A stretch of DNA of 64,000 nucleotides from NCBI GenBank assembly GCA_016839555.1, contig JAEOUA010000001.1, positions 96,001 to 160,000 of the forward strand, in the 5' to 3' direction. Made by a program: the position numbers and the translations under genes. Of the stretch, positions 41,705-52,124 are shown piece after piece (the first letter of the stretch is position 1; the number at the start of each line of letters is the position of its first letter). This DNA comes from Promethearchaeota archaeon (GTDB lineage: Archaea > Asgardarchaeota > Lokiarchaeia > Sigyniarchaeales > SOKP01). The notes beneath the pieces were generated by a model that saw only the letters and a list, made by a program, of their open reading frames with translations, was not told the DNA's origin and did no database searches.

Positions 41705-42653
41705 CTAGTTTATCATTTTTCGCTATAAAACTTTTATATCCTTTAGCTTTAAGTATAGAAGAAATTTTCTCTAAGTCTTTTCTCTTTCCTAATGTGATTA
41801 CACATCCACCTAGTCCCGCACCTGTTAATTTAGAACCAAATGCACCATTTTTCAAGGATATATTAATAATTTCAGAGATTTGTTCGTTAGAAACTTGGAG
41901 ATTTGATAAATATTTTTGATTAAGATTCATTAATTTTCCGATTTCTTGGATATTATTTCTAGTTAATTCAACTTTTGCTTTTTTAGTAATTTTTCCAATT
42001 TGTTTTAAGAATTGTTCCGTTTGTTTAGAATTTATTTCTTTTAAATGTCTTATTCGGTTGATGGCTTCTTTTGTATTATGCTCAATGTTGGTATAGGTAA
42101 TTAAAAATAAAAATTCTTGTGGTATCTTAACATAATCAAATTTTCCATTTTCAAAATATATAGCATTTCCAAACGTACAAATAGTATTATCTATGCCACT
42201 TGGGCTTCCGTGAACTATTTTTTCCAGCTCATACGCTAAGGAATTAATTTCTTCTTTTTTTAAATTTAATTCATAATAACAATTTAAAGCATTGATTAAT
42301 GAAACAGCGATCGAAGCGGAAGAACCTAAGCCCGCACTTGGGAAAAGATTGCTTATTATTTTTATTTCAACGTTTTCTATCTGCACACCATAATCTTTCT
42401 GGAAATTGTAAAAACATTCTGATATTTGGTTATATTTGGAGGAAAATTTTTGGCTTAAAGTTTTAATATTATTTGCTTCGAAAACTTGATCATAATTATA
42501 TAAAATAATCTTAATTTTGTTTTCTTCGATTTCATTAATTCGACATTCTGAATTTACTGATATAGCCATTGCTATAGCAGGAAATCCATAAACAACAGCA
42601 TGCTCACCAAATAAAATACTTTTCCCAGGTGCAATTGAAATAACAGATCTCAC
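41682..42653 (-). CDS. mvk: Mevalonate kinase
   Basis: APGK-x-ILFGEHAVVYG, GLGSSAS, HGSPSGID, KLTGAGLGG. Confidence 0.95.
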   Translation of the reverse strand: MRSVISIAPGKSILFGEHAVVYGFPAIAMAISVNSECRINEIEENKIKIILYNYDQVFEANNIKTLSQKFSSKYNQISECFYNFQKDYGVQIENVEIKIISNLFPSAGLGSSASIAVSLINALNCYYELNLKKEEINSLAYELEKIVHGSPSGIDNTICTFGNAIYFENGKFDYVKIPQEFLFLITYTNIEHNTKEAINRIRHLKEINSKQTEQFLKQIGKITKKAKVELTRNNIQEIGKLMNLNQKYLSNLQVSNEQISEIINISLKNGAFGSKLTGAGLGGCVITLGKRKDLEKISSILKAKGYKSFIAKNDKLGVICEKK

Positions 42654-42847
42654 TTATTACTTTCACTTTTTATTTTCTAATTCATCCAATATTTCTTTAT
42701 CTATATTAATGAAATAATTTAAATAAAAAGAGATAATTGATGTATTCTAAAAAAAATTAATGAAAGATATTATTTAGAAACTAAAGAATTGTTAACCAAG
42801 TTAATAGAGATCTTAACTAAGGAAGCTAATTCTTACCTTAACTTGAG

Positions 42848-44473
42848 TTAAGATAAGGGAGCAATGGTCTTTATATAATATGGAGACCAATTAAGTAATC
42901 CTTTTTCCGCAAGGTCATCATCGCTAATCTTCACTCTTCTAATACAATATTCTAATGTATTATCCTTTAGCACATTATTCTCTACTCTTACTAATCCCTT
43001 ATTTAAATAACGTAAATCATATGAGCTAAGATGAATTGGATTAGATATCAATCGTGCATATAACGGGAAAAATCTTTCATGAAATCCAGAATGTCCTTGT
43101 GGACAATGATCTAAACCATCAATGTCAGGGATAATACAGCCCTCATCGCAAAAATTCAATATAAATCCTCTATTTTCATTTAATTCATGCGGTGTGATTT
43201 TCCCAATAGCAAAATCAGGTATAGATTTACCCTCTTTTATTAATTCATATTCTTGTATACTTTTTTTCTGCTTATAAGTGATATATTCACTGATTTTTGG
43301 ACTTTTTTCAACAATTTTACGGAATCCACTTTTTAATTTAAGTAATCCAGCAATTGCTGTAGCGCCAGAACCATAGGATCCAAAGTAAATGGTATCATTT
43401 TCATTAGCATAATCCTCGATAATAAATTGTATTTGAGACCACAATGCAGCATTATACATATTTCCAAAATGCATAGGAACAGAAAGGTGTGGTAGTATCT
43501 TTGCTTTTATGTTAGACATTACCCAATTCGAAAGATTTTCCAATTTTTGTGAGGATAATCCCCTCTCCTTAAGATTAAAATAGATATATTCTGGAACGAC
43601 GATAATATCTTGCAAAAATATATCTAGTTTTTTAAAAATAGAATCTGTTAAGGATTTCTGCTTTGTTTTTAATAAATTACTTATATTGTTAATCCATCGT
43701 TTTTGGATAATTTGTCTCATACATTTTATCGGTAATTTAGAGAATGGAGCATGGAATGCATAGTAGTCTGCGTAAAATTCTCCAATATTTTCTATTAGAT
43801 TATCATAAGCGTCTAATTGTAATTTTAAATAACTATCGACTGAATAATGGCCAAAAACCTGGGCATTTTCTTCATTTGCAGGTCTCCAAAAATCATTTAC
43901 GTTTCCAGAAACTATACCAAATTTCTTACTAAATCTTGCAATTCTAGGATTTCTTGAAATGACTAAGGCTACAGCACCAGAACCTTGTGTTGGCTCACTA
44001 GGACTCCACAATGGATAAGATGAAATGTCGGCGCTAATCACTAAAGCCTTATTAATTACATCTTTTTCTATTAACCCAATCGCATTTAAGGTAGCTAATG
44101 TGCCTCCCGCACAGGCATTATAAATATCTTGTGTTAAGCAATTAGGCGAAACATTAAGTAATTGAGCAAATATATTCGAAACGGATTTCACAGCATAAGT
44201 TATTGTTTCAGTTCCTACAAATATTGCATCGATCTCTTTCGGGTTAATATCACCTCTAATTAACGCATTGTATCCGGCTTTAAGCCCAATCGAAATAATA
44301 TCCTCATCCGCCTCAGGCAGACGCATCTCCTTTAATAGTAATCCTTTTCTATATTTATCAGGATCCACATTTCTCTTTTTGGCTAATTCCTCTAAATTTA
44401 CATAATATCTTGGAGCATGAAATCCTATACTATCTATGCCGATGTCTGTAAATAAGAAGTCGTTGCTTATCAT
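42848..44473 (-). CDS. Hydroxymethylglutaryl-CoA synthase with internal insertion and C-terminal extension
   Basis: VGTET (Glu), YNACAGGT (Cys), EPTQGSGA, DFWRP, FHAPF (His), GNMY, SYGSG. At 541 aa it is much longer than a core HMGS. Confidence 0.9.
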   Translation of the reverse strand: MISNDFLFTDIGIDSIGFHAPRYYVNLEELAKKRNVDPDKYRKGLLLKEMRLPEADEDIISIGLKAGYNALIRGDINPKEIDAIFVGTETITYAVKSVSNIFAQLLNVSPNCLTQDIYNACAGGTLATLNAIGLIEKDVINKALVISADISSYPLWSPSEPTQGSGAVALVISRNPRIARFSKKFGIVSGNVNDFWRPANEENAQVFGHYSVDSYLKLQLDAYDNLIENIGEFYADYYAFHAPFSKLPIKCMRQIIQKRWINNISNLLKTKQKSLTDSIFKKLDIFLQDIIVVPEYIYFNLKERGLSSQKLENLSNWVMSNIKAKILPHLSVPMHFGNMYNAALWSQIQFIIEDYANENDTIYFGSYGSGATAIAGLLKLKSGFRKIVEKSPKISEYITYKQKKSIQEYELIKEGKSIPDFAIGKITPHELNENRGFILNFCDEGCIIPDIDGLDHCPQGHSGFHERFFPLYARLISNPIHLSSYDLRYLNKGLVRVENNVLKDNTLEYCIRRVKISDDDLAEKGLLNWSPYYIKTIAPLS

Positions 44474-44965
44474 ATTATATCAGCTCTCTTCTGTACAAAT
44501 GTTTGATTTTACAAATTTTAAAGAATAATTAAGATTCTTTTTTTTTACTTAATCAAACATTTTATTAAAAGTTAATCTATTGAATCTAGCTTCATATTTA
44601 ACTCTTTGCTTGAAGAAGAGCTTTATGACGATTCATAATGTTATAATTAGTGATTCTTTCATATTGTTAAAGATCTGTAAAATAAAACTTTATACTTTTT
44701 ATTTTAATTTTTATATATAATGGCTTTTATATGAAAACCAAAAAATAACACAGAAAAGTATGAAAAAGTAAAAATAAAAGTTCTAAAAACAAATATTTTA
44801 TTAATTAAATTAGGATAATAACTCTGTAGGAAAGCAGTATTTATTTTTCTTCTAATAGTATATCTTTAAATTCCTTAATTAATTTGTTTTAATAATATTA
44901 AAATTATTATTAGTATTTTCCTTTTTAAAATTAATATTTATTTATCTAGATAAAATGTTGAATAA

Positions 44966-45703
44966 ATGTTGAACAAATTACAAGAACTCAAAAATACTGT
45001 AAGTGACAAATTACCAAAACATGTGGGGATAATCCCCGATGGAAATCGACGATGGGCAAGGAATCATAACATAGATATTAAAATAGGCCATATCACCGGA
45101 TATAAAACTTTAAAAGATATATTATATAGCTTCTTCGATGCAGGCATAAAATATTTAACCGTATATGCACTCTCTTTGGAAAATGCCATGAAAAGAAGTA
45201 AAGAGGAGCTAGCCTATATCTATAAAATCATTATAAAAGCGATTGAGACGATAATGAGTGAAGAAATCGTAGTTAAAGAAGAAGTGCGATTTCGAATTTT
45301 AGGACGATTAGAATTATTACCTCCTGAAGTAAAAGCGAAAGTCGACGAGATGCATGAATTCACAAAAAATTTTAATAAAAACTTTGTGAATATATTGATT
45401 ATGTATGATGGGCAAGCGGAAATAGCAGATGGAATAAAAGAAATCATCAGAAATGGTGTAAAACCAGAGGAAGTTAATCGGAAACTAATTAAAAATTATC
45501 TTTATACGAAAAATACCCCAGAAGTAGATTTTATCATACGCACAGGGATGGAAGATGGTGCTCGAATAAGTGGGTTTATGCTATGGGATGCCTCATACGC
45601 AGAATTTAAATTTCGAAATGAATATTGGCCTGAATATTCAGCAGATCTGCTGGTTCAAGATTTAAAGGAATATATTAGTCGCAATAGAAGAAAGGGAAAA
45701 TAA
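44966..45703 (+). CDS. uppS: cis-Prenyltransferase (UppS family)
   Basis: HVGIIPDGNRRWAR, YALSLEN, IRTG...RISGFMLW, C-terminal RRKGK. Confidence 0.93.
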   Translation: MLNKLQELKNTVSDKLPKHVGIIPDGNRRWARNHNIDIKIGHITGYKTLKDILYSFFDAGIKYLTVYALSLENAMKRSKEELAYIYKIIIKAIETIMSEEIVVKEEVRFRILGRLELLPPEVKAKVDEMHEFTKNFNKNFVNILIMYDGQAEIADGIKEIIRNGVKPEEVNRKLIKNYLYTKNTPEVDFIIRTGMEDGARISGFMLWDASYAEFKFRNEYWPEYSADLLVQDLKEYISRNRRKGK

Positions 45704-46033
45704 TAATTAGTAGATATCTTAATTTCTCATTAATTTTACTTATTATAAAGGATTTCACTTTAGATTTTCTGCAAAGTGAAGAAAATATTATCGTAAAATT
45801 TTTTAATCTTAATTTAATTCTCTACTCTTAACTAATCAAATATATTTTGATTATCCAATAAATTCTAGATTTAAGTTTTTTTTAGAGATCTTAGAATAAA
45901 ATTTAAATAAAGACTTAATTTTGTCTGTTTGATTGATTAAAATGACGCAGGAAAAAGAAAAAATCTTCACGAGAAACATAACAATAGAAATAATATACTA
46001 GAAAAAAAAACCGATGGAATTGAGGTGAATAAT

Positions 46034-46849
46034 ATGGGAAAACAAATACCAGAAGGAGAACCTCTGGAAGAAGATCAATTACCAGAAAAAATTCAAGAAT
46101 TGCAAAACGAATTAAAAGAAAAATCAGAAACCATTACAGATTTACAGAATCAACTAGATACTATTATATCTTCTAATTATGAATTAAAAAAAACTATAAA
46201 TAAGCTTAAGGAAGAAATAGAAGAAAAAGATTCAAAATTTTCAGAATTTGAGGAGGTAATTGAGGAAAAAAATTCCCAACTCTCTGAATTCAAGGAAGAA
46301 ATTGAGCAGAAAGATTTAAAACTGAAGGAGGCGGAAAAAGCACTTGAGGAGCGAAAGTCTAAACTTTCTGAATTTGAAGGAATAATTGATGGAAAGAACT
46401 CCCAACTCTCTGAAATTCAAAAACAGTTAGAACAAAAGGACTTACAATTAACCGAATTGAAGAATGAGAAAGAGCAAAGTATTATAAACCTCTCTGAATT
46501 GCAAGATGCTCTAGATAATAAAAAATTAAAATTATCAGAATTAGATGAAGAAATAGTGCGAAAAAATGCAAAATTAATAACTCTCGAGGAACTTCTTAAT
46601 CAAAAAACCCAGGAAAATAAGGATTTAACTAAAAAGATGCAAGAATTAAAAAAATATAACGAGATCTATTTAGATACTATAGCAGAACTAAAAATTTCAA
46701 TAAAAAAGCTTAACCAAAAATCTCAGGCTGAAATTGAATCTCAAAAAGAAAACCAGAATCAAATTATAGAACTTAAAAAGGAATTAAAAGTTATAAGAAG
46801 AGAAAGAGACCATTATAAGGAAATTATTAAAGAAAAAGATTTGCTTTAA
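46034..46849 (+). CDS. Long coiled-coil protein
   Basis: Continuous heptads. SD-like GAGGTGA upstream of ATG 46034 (the track uses GTG 46025). Confidence 0.75.
   Translation: MGKQIPEGEPLEEDQLPEKIQELQNELKEKSETITDLQNQLDTIISSNYELKKTINKLKEEIEEKDSKFSEFEEVIEEKNSQLSEFKEEIEQKDLKLKEAEKALEERKSKLSEFEGIIDGKNSQLSEIQKQLEQKDLQLTELKNEKEQSIINLSELQDALDNKKLKLSELDEEIVRKNAKLITLEELLNQKTQENKDLTKKMQELKKYNEIYLDTIAELKISIKKLNQKSQAEIESQKENQNQIIELKKELKVIRRERDHYKEIIKEKDLL
46220..46471 (+). repeat. Intragenic 126-bp (3x14 aa) tandem duplication
   Basis: AA(T/C)TCCCAACTCTCTGAA at 46271 and 46397 (126 bp apart); EEKNSQLSEF..EQKDL vs DGKNSQLSEI..EQKDL. Confidence 0.75.
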
Positions 46850-46903
46850 AGTAATAAGAAAAAATATTACTTATAAATTTACTTTATTTTTGAAGATAAG
46901 ATA

Positions 46904-47626
46904 TTATTGCTTTATAAATTTATTTTGAATCAATTTAGGCATTAAAAATCCGATATAAAAACAAATCGCACTGGTGATAAGGATGCTTTTCGTTATGAGT
47001 ATAGTAATTGGGGTAACCTGCATGATAACTTCCACTACGGACCCCGCTCCATAAAATATAAAGGCAACAAGAAGAAATCTTCCCATTAATTTGACCCTAG
47101 GGACTTCTGATTTCATGGCTTTTCGTGAAAATAAAATCCCTGTTATTATAGCATATATTACAGCGCAAAAGAGATATATAACCATGAATGGACCAAATCT
47201 TAATTGAAATGGGGCAACTTGATATCCGAGCATATCGATGTTCGTGAAGAGGAATGCAATTAGAAGGGTTTCAGCAAGTACTAATGTAATTAAAACTATT
47301 AAAATTAGCCATTTTCTGTTCTCTGTCATTAAAAAGTCTGCAACAGCAATGGTCCAGCACATGATGAAAAATGGAATCGGAACGTAACCAATAAAAAATG
47401 TTTGGATCAAGGACAATTTCTCACCTATAATCAGTACCATAAAAAACGTGATAGAATCCGGAATCCATGGATTAACAAGCCCAATCCAACTTAATCCTAC
47501 AAGTAGTAATTGTTTTTTCTTATAGTTGAAGTAATTGGAGAGGATTTTCAATGCCACGATGAATGAAATAACTATTAATATCGTACTCATTAGTCCTTGA
47601 AATAATTCAACAGGTTCGAAAATCAT
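46904..47626 (-). CDS. Hypothetical ~7-TM membrane protein
   Basis: Seven hydrophobic segments, terminal YIGFLMP; no soluble domain. Confidence 0.75.
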   Translation of the reverse strand: MIFEPVELFQGLMSTILIVISFIVALKILSNYFNYKKKQLLLVGLSWIGLVNPWIPDSITFFMVLIIGEKLSLIQTFFIGYVPIPFFIMCWTIAVADFLMTENRKWLILIVLITLVLAETLLIAFLFTNIDMLGYQVAPFQLRFGPFMVIYLFCAVIYAIITGILFSRKAMKSEVPRVKLMGRFLLVAFIFYGAGSVVEVIMQVTPITILITKSILITSAICFYIGFLMPKLIQNKFIKQ

Positions 47627-48278
47627 TTATTATTCACTCTAATTATATTAAATCTTTAAATAATTCTTATACTAGATTATTATTCTCTTTAAAAAAACCC
47701 TCTGTTTTCTAAATTCTTCCAATTTTTAGTTTAAGACAAAAATAGGAAAAGAGCTTATTTAAATTTATCCTTTTTTCTAACTTTCTTATCACTCATAGAA
47801 ACCAAATAAAACCTTGAAATAATACAAAATAAAAAGAAATATTCTTCTTTTAAAACTTTAGATTCCCCACCAAGTTGACATCATATCTGTCTGCAATGTT
47901 TTTTTTCGAAATTTTACGAGAACTTACCAGTTTTTTATTAGTAAGATATTTAATAACATCTTTATTAATTTAAAATATTTTTTTTTAATTAAACCAGAAT
48001 TATAAAAAAAAATGGCAAAAATAATGTTTTCTATAAAAACCTATTTTTAATAAGAAATTTAAATAAAATCTAAGATTCTATTTTCCCATTTCTCCTACGG
48101 AATTTAGGAATTTCAAAAAGAATAATTTATATAGATAAAATGATATTTTAATATAGAAGGAGTTATATTTGAAATAAATATCTTTTAAGTATTATTAATT
48201 ATTATTAAATTAAAATTAAAATAATTAAATGAGTAGTGAATAAAAATTTCGATTGATACTAAAAGTTTCGATAGAATA

Positions 48279-48701
48279 TTGAGTAAGATAATAAAATCGG
48301 AAAGCGGTATTAAGAAAGTAATTTTAGTTGACAGAACAGGATTAACGATCGCAAGCGTATCAAAGTTTTCATATTTCCCTGCCGATGTTGACGGCATTGG
48401 AGCCATAGCCAGTGCTGTGTTTTGTGCCTCGGAAGAACAGGGTAAAAATCTAGAGCTGGGCGCATTAGATATTGTAACCTCTGAATTTTTGGGTGGAAAA
48501 ATTTTTGCAGCAAGCTGCGGCCCAAAAGGAGTATTATGTTTAATTTCTGATCCAGATATTAATATCGGATTAATTAGGCTCATTTTAAAAAGATCTGGTG
48601 ACGAATTAAAGGAGATTTTAGATGAATTCTTATCAGAAGTTCCAGAAGCTGCAGATTCTGGCTTAGATCTTAGCGATCTGGACGAATTAACCCCAGAATA
48701 A
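48279..48701 (+). CDS. Roadblock/LC7 (MglB/LAMTOR-like) protein with acidic tail
   Basis: VILVDRTGLTIAS...IGAIASAVF...INIGLIRLIL; tail DSGLDLSDLDELTPE. The start may lie further upstream. Confidence 0.9.
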   Translation: MSKIIKSESGIKKVILVDRTGLTIASVSKFSYFPADVDGIGAIASAVFCASEEQGKNLELGALDIVTSEFLGGKIFAASCGPKGVLCLISDPDINIGLIRLILKRSGDELKEILDEFLSEVPEAADSGLDLSDLDELTPE

Positions 48702-48847
48702 TTCTACTTTTTTTATCTCCTTTTCAACTATTTCCCTTTTAAACTTCCCTTATTCTAAATTAATTAAGATTTTTCTATAATTTAATTTTTAAATTTGTAT
48801 TAATTGATGTATAAATATAAAAATTATATTAATATTATTGATTTACT

Positions 48848-49651
48848 ATGAATTTAGGTCTTGAAAATAAGATTGCGTTAGTCTTAGCCTCGAGCAATGG
48901 AATAGGATTGGCTTGTGCTAATTCTTTTTATCAAGAAGGAGCAAATGTGATGATTTGTAGTCGCTCTGAAGAGAATTTAAAAGCGGCGAAGGCACAGATT
49001 TTAAAAACTAAATCCATTAGTACTAATAACATAGTAGAATGGACTGTAGCAGATTTAATGGATGAAGATGACATAAAAAACCTTGTTAACAAAACAATGG
49101 AGAAATTTGGAAGAATAGACGTATTAGTCCATAATGCTGGAGGTCCACCTTCAAAACCAATCAGCAATGTTTCGGAGGAAGAATGGGTTAATTCGATCCA
49201 GTTAAATCTTAAATCATTTATCACTATATCGAAGTTAATTATTCCCATAATGCAAAAGCAAAGAGGGGGAGTAATTATTGCCCTTACCTCGGTTTCTGTT
49301 AAACAACCTTTAGAAAACTTAGTCTTGTCAAACACCACACGTTTAGGTGTAGTGGGGTTTGCAAAAACACTTTCAAATGAATATGCGAATGCAAATATAA
49401 GAGTAAATGTCGTATGTCCTGGTCCTACACTTACCAATAGGATGATAGAAATAATTCAAAGTAATATGAAGCAAATGAATAAATCAGAGGAGGAAATTAA
49501 GAAACAATGGACTAATCAAATTCCTATGGGTAGAATGGGCAAACCAGAAGAAATATCCAATTTAGTAACCTTTTTAGCCTCCGATAAAGCTAGCTTTATT
49601 ACTGGGACAACGATTCAAGTTGACGGGGGGTTTGTAGATGGAACATTTTAA
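48848..49651 (+). CDS. Short-chain dehydrogenase/reductase
   Basis: ASSNGIG, NAGGP, SNTTR (in place of YxxxK), VNVVCPG, ITG-x-TIQVDGG. Confidence 0.92.
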   Translation: MNLGLENKIALVLASSNGIGLACANSFYQEGANVMICSRSEENLKAAKAQILKTKSISTNNIVEWTVADLMDEDDIKNLVNKTMEKFGRIDVLVHNAGGPPSKPISNVSEEEWVNSIQLNLKSFITISKLIIPIMQKQRGGVIIALTSVSVKQPLENLVLSNTTRLGVVGFAKTLSNEYANANIRVNVVCPGPTLTNRMIEIIQSNMKQMNKSEEEIKKQWTNQIPMGRMGKPEEISNLVTFLASDKASFITGTTIQVDGGFVDGTF

Positions 49652-49672
49652 AAAAAGAACAAAAATTAATAA

Positions 49673-50740
49673 TTAAAATAACTGGGGATTAGTAATTCCC
49701 ATATATTTATCAATAACCTCAAAAATCTCTTCCTTGCTGCCTATATATCCAAATAATTGATGTGTCGCACTGCTTTGCGATTTTTTATTTATTGTTTGAA
49801 ATTTATTTAGTTGTAATTCAATTTCTCCAAATTGTAGAGATTCTTTCTGTGGAGATTCAGAATTATAGGATTGGATTACACCGATCTCAGATTCAGGGTG
49901 ATCACGGGCTATATCAAAACAATCATTTTGAGTTTTAGGCACATCATCGGATAATTTAACTAAGAATCCATATTCTTCTTGATTGGGAATTTTAAGAACA
50001 TACCCAATTCTTGCATTCTTTGAGAAATCAATGTCTTCTGGACGAATGGCAAGCTTATATATTTCTTTCACATCAATTTTAAAGCCTACATAATTTTTAT
50101 CAATAAAAAGACGGTCTTTAGGTATGGCTCGAAAGTAATATAAAGGTTTAGGGTTAGTTTTTATAGGGATAATGACAGTCCCAGGATTTTCTGCACCACC
50201 ACTAATTACGGTCGCTAAACTCCATCCATTAATGTGTTGATCTGATTTATTTATTGTGCAAGTGTCTATATATTGAATTCCACAATATTCCATCCCAGTA
50301 AAGATTGGTTCTTTAATTAATTGTATCTTTCTTGTGATATCTCCTTCATATTTCTCTTTGTTCATCTGATTTGTTATAGATAATGTTGTGTAAAGGGTGC
50401 AGCTAGTAGATGATTGTTCCCTTATATTATAATTAGCAGGATCTAATCCAGCAGGACAGAACCATCCTTCCCAAGACTCTGGATCTTTATAGAAAAATTT
50501 TCTTTCAGGACTTAGCCAATATCGATCGCCTCCAATTTCGAAACGATTATTTTTGATAATATTTCTTAACTCTGGATTTATCCATAGAAGACTAAGAAAT
50601 TTCGTCTTTGGAAAGATGCCTAAAGGTCTTCCGCCATATTCAGAAATTATTGTGGAACCCATATTATTCGAGCTTAATTCTAAATAATTGACTATTCCAT
50701 TGAGCGTAGATTTTAAATTTTCTTTAGTATAATAATTCAT
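49673..50740 (-). CDS. Conserved hypothetical protein (DUF6786-like)
   Basis: GGRPLG...LLWIN...GGDRYWLSPE and IQSYN...FGEIE motifs. Confidence 0.55.
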   Translation of the reverse strand: MNYYTKENLKSTLNGIVNYLELSSNNMGSTIISEYGGRPLGIFPKTKFLSLLWINPELRNIIKNNRFEIGGDRYWLSPERKFFYKDPESWEGWFCPAGLDPANYNIREQSSTSCTLYTTLSITNQMNKEKYEGDITRKIQLIKEPIFTGMEYCGIQYIDTCTINKSDQHINGWSLATVISGGAENPGTVIIPIKTNPKPLYYFRAIPKDRLFIDKNYVGFKIDVKEIYKLAIRPEDIDFSKNARIGYVLKIPNQEEYGFLVKLSDDVPKTQNDCFDIARDHPESEIGVIQSYNSESPQKESLQFGEIELQLNKFQTINKKSQSSATHQLFGYIGSKEEIFEVIDKYMGITNPQLF

Positions 50741-50811
50741 ATATAGTAGTAAGAAGAATAATAATTTGAATTTTTAATTCTTTTAAACTAATAAGAAAAT
50801 CTTTATTATAA

Positions 50812-52110
50812 CTATAATCGCTTTTTTCTTATCTGAGATCGATATAAATCCATGTGTTTACGTAAATAATTGCGCTTTTTGATAATGCTTAAATCTGTTT
50901 CTTCTAAAATATTTTCCATAAATGATCTAAACTGTTCTAGATCAAAATTTAAAGAAAATAACTCTTCTATACTTAAATCTTGGAGGTATTTGATTTTTCT
51001 CTTAATATTTTCAAAAATTTTACTCTCTATATTAGGTGATGTTTCCCCAACTTTCTGTTTTTTTAATTTATTAAAATTTAGCAACTCATCAAAAATAAAA
51101 ATCATAAGATCTGTAATAATCGGTGTTAAATCATAAACCCATGCAACACCATCTAATTTTTTATTATTATTTATCTCTTCAATTTTTTTTAAACGTATTG
51201 AAATGAGTTCTTTCAATTCCTCTTTATTACATATATCTCTAAAATCTTGGAGAAAACTCTCGAAAAGATTTTCTGTTAAGAAGTTTAATAAGTTTAGATC
51301 AAAATCCTTATAAGTATAGATTTTGCCAAATTTAAAATAAGAATTTAGTAGATGTATAGACGCTTTTTCAATTTCTTTAGGATTTGGCTTTTTTTTATTT
51401 ATAAAATATGTTTTTAGAGTCTTTTCTAAGAAGGAGAAGCTAAATTGAACCTCTTCCGTTTCTTTAGTATTAGCTTCTTTTATCTCAGAAATACCTATCG
51501 TAACTTTTACATCTCTTCTTGATTTTATTATTCTTTGATAATCTTTCTTGATTATCTCTTTTAGCCCTATTCTTAATATAAAAATATTACTCGGATTATT
51601 ATTAATAAAAATATCTGGAGGAATTTCTTCCTTACATTCTTTTAATATCTTTAAAAAATCAAAACTCTCATTTTCATAATCATAAAAAAATATTTTATAA
51701 ATAACGGCAAAAATATATTTTGGAAAATTTTTTTTTATTATCCCTCTAAGAAATTTGTCATAATCAATAAAAAAACGAGAAATCGAGTCATCAATCGCCA
51801 GGTTTATATTTTCTCCAGGATATTCTTGTAAAATAATATATCTTTTATATTCCAGTCTAATCTTTTGTGCTCGAATCCATTCAAAAATAAAATCAAGAAG
51901 ATTAATTCCTAAAAAATCCTTTTTCTGAAAAAATTTAAGAATTTTTTGAATTTCTGATTCAGAAGTTCCAATTGATTGACTCACTAAAAATTTTGCTGCT
52001 ATCTCGATTTCGGATAACTCTTGATATGATTTTTTAATTCTTTCATAAAAATCATTCAATCGACCTTCTTCTAATTTATAAATTTCACTCAAATAAGTAT
52101 CTTCTGTCAT
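50812..52110 (-). CDS. Hypothetical protein
   Basis: 432-aa helical-looking ORF; no motif recognised. Confidence 0.7.
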   Translation of the reverse strand: MTEDTYLSEIYKLEEGRLNDFYERIKKSYQELSEIEIAAKFLVSQSIGTSESEIQKILKFFQKKDFLGINLLDFIFEWIRAQKIRLEYKRYIILQEYPGENINLAIDDSISRFFIDYDKFLRGIIKKNFPKYIFAVIYKIFFYDYENESFDFLKILKECKEEIPPDIFINNNPSNIFILRIGLKEIIKKDYQRIIKSRRDVKVTIGISEIKEANTKETEEVQFSFSFLEKTLKTYFINKKKPNPKEIEKASIHLLNSYFKFGKIYTYKDFDLNLLNFLTENLFESFLQDFRDICNKEELKELISIRLKKIEEINNNKKLDGVAWVYDLTPIITDLMIFIFDELLNFNKLKKQKVGETSPNIESKIFENIKRKIKYLQDLSIEELFSLNFDLEQFRSFMENILEETDLSIIKKRNYLRKHMDLYRSQIRKKRL

Positions 52111-52124
52111 TTATTTTTTTTTAA

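Noticed and set aside
47850-47970. Minus-strand open stretch DVIKYLTNKKLVSSRKISKKNIADRYDVNLVGNLKF
   Set aside because: No start codon after the upstream stop and no recognisable homology.
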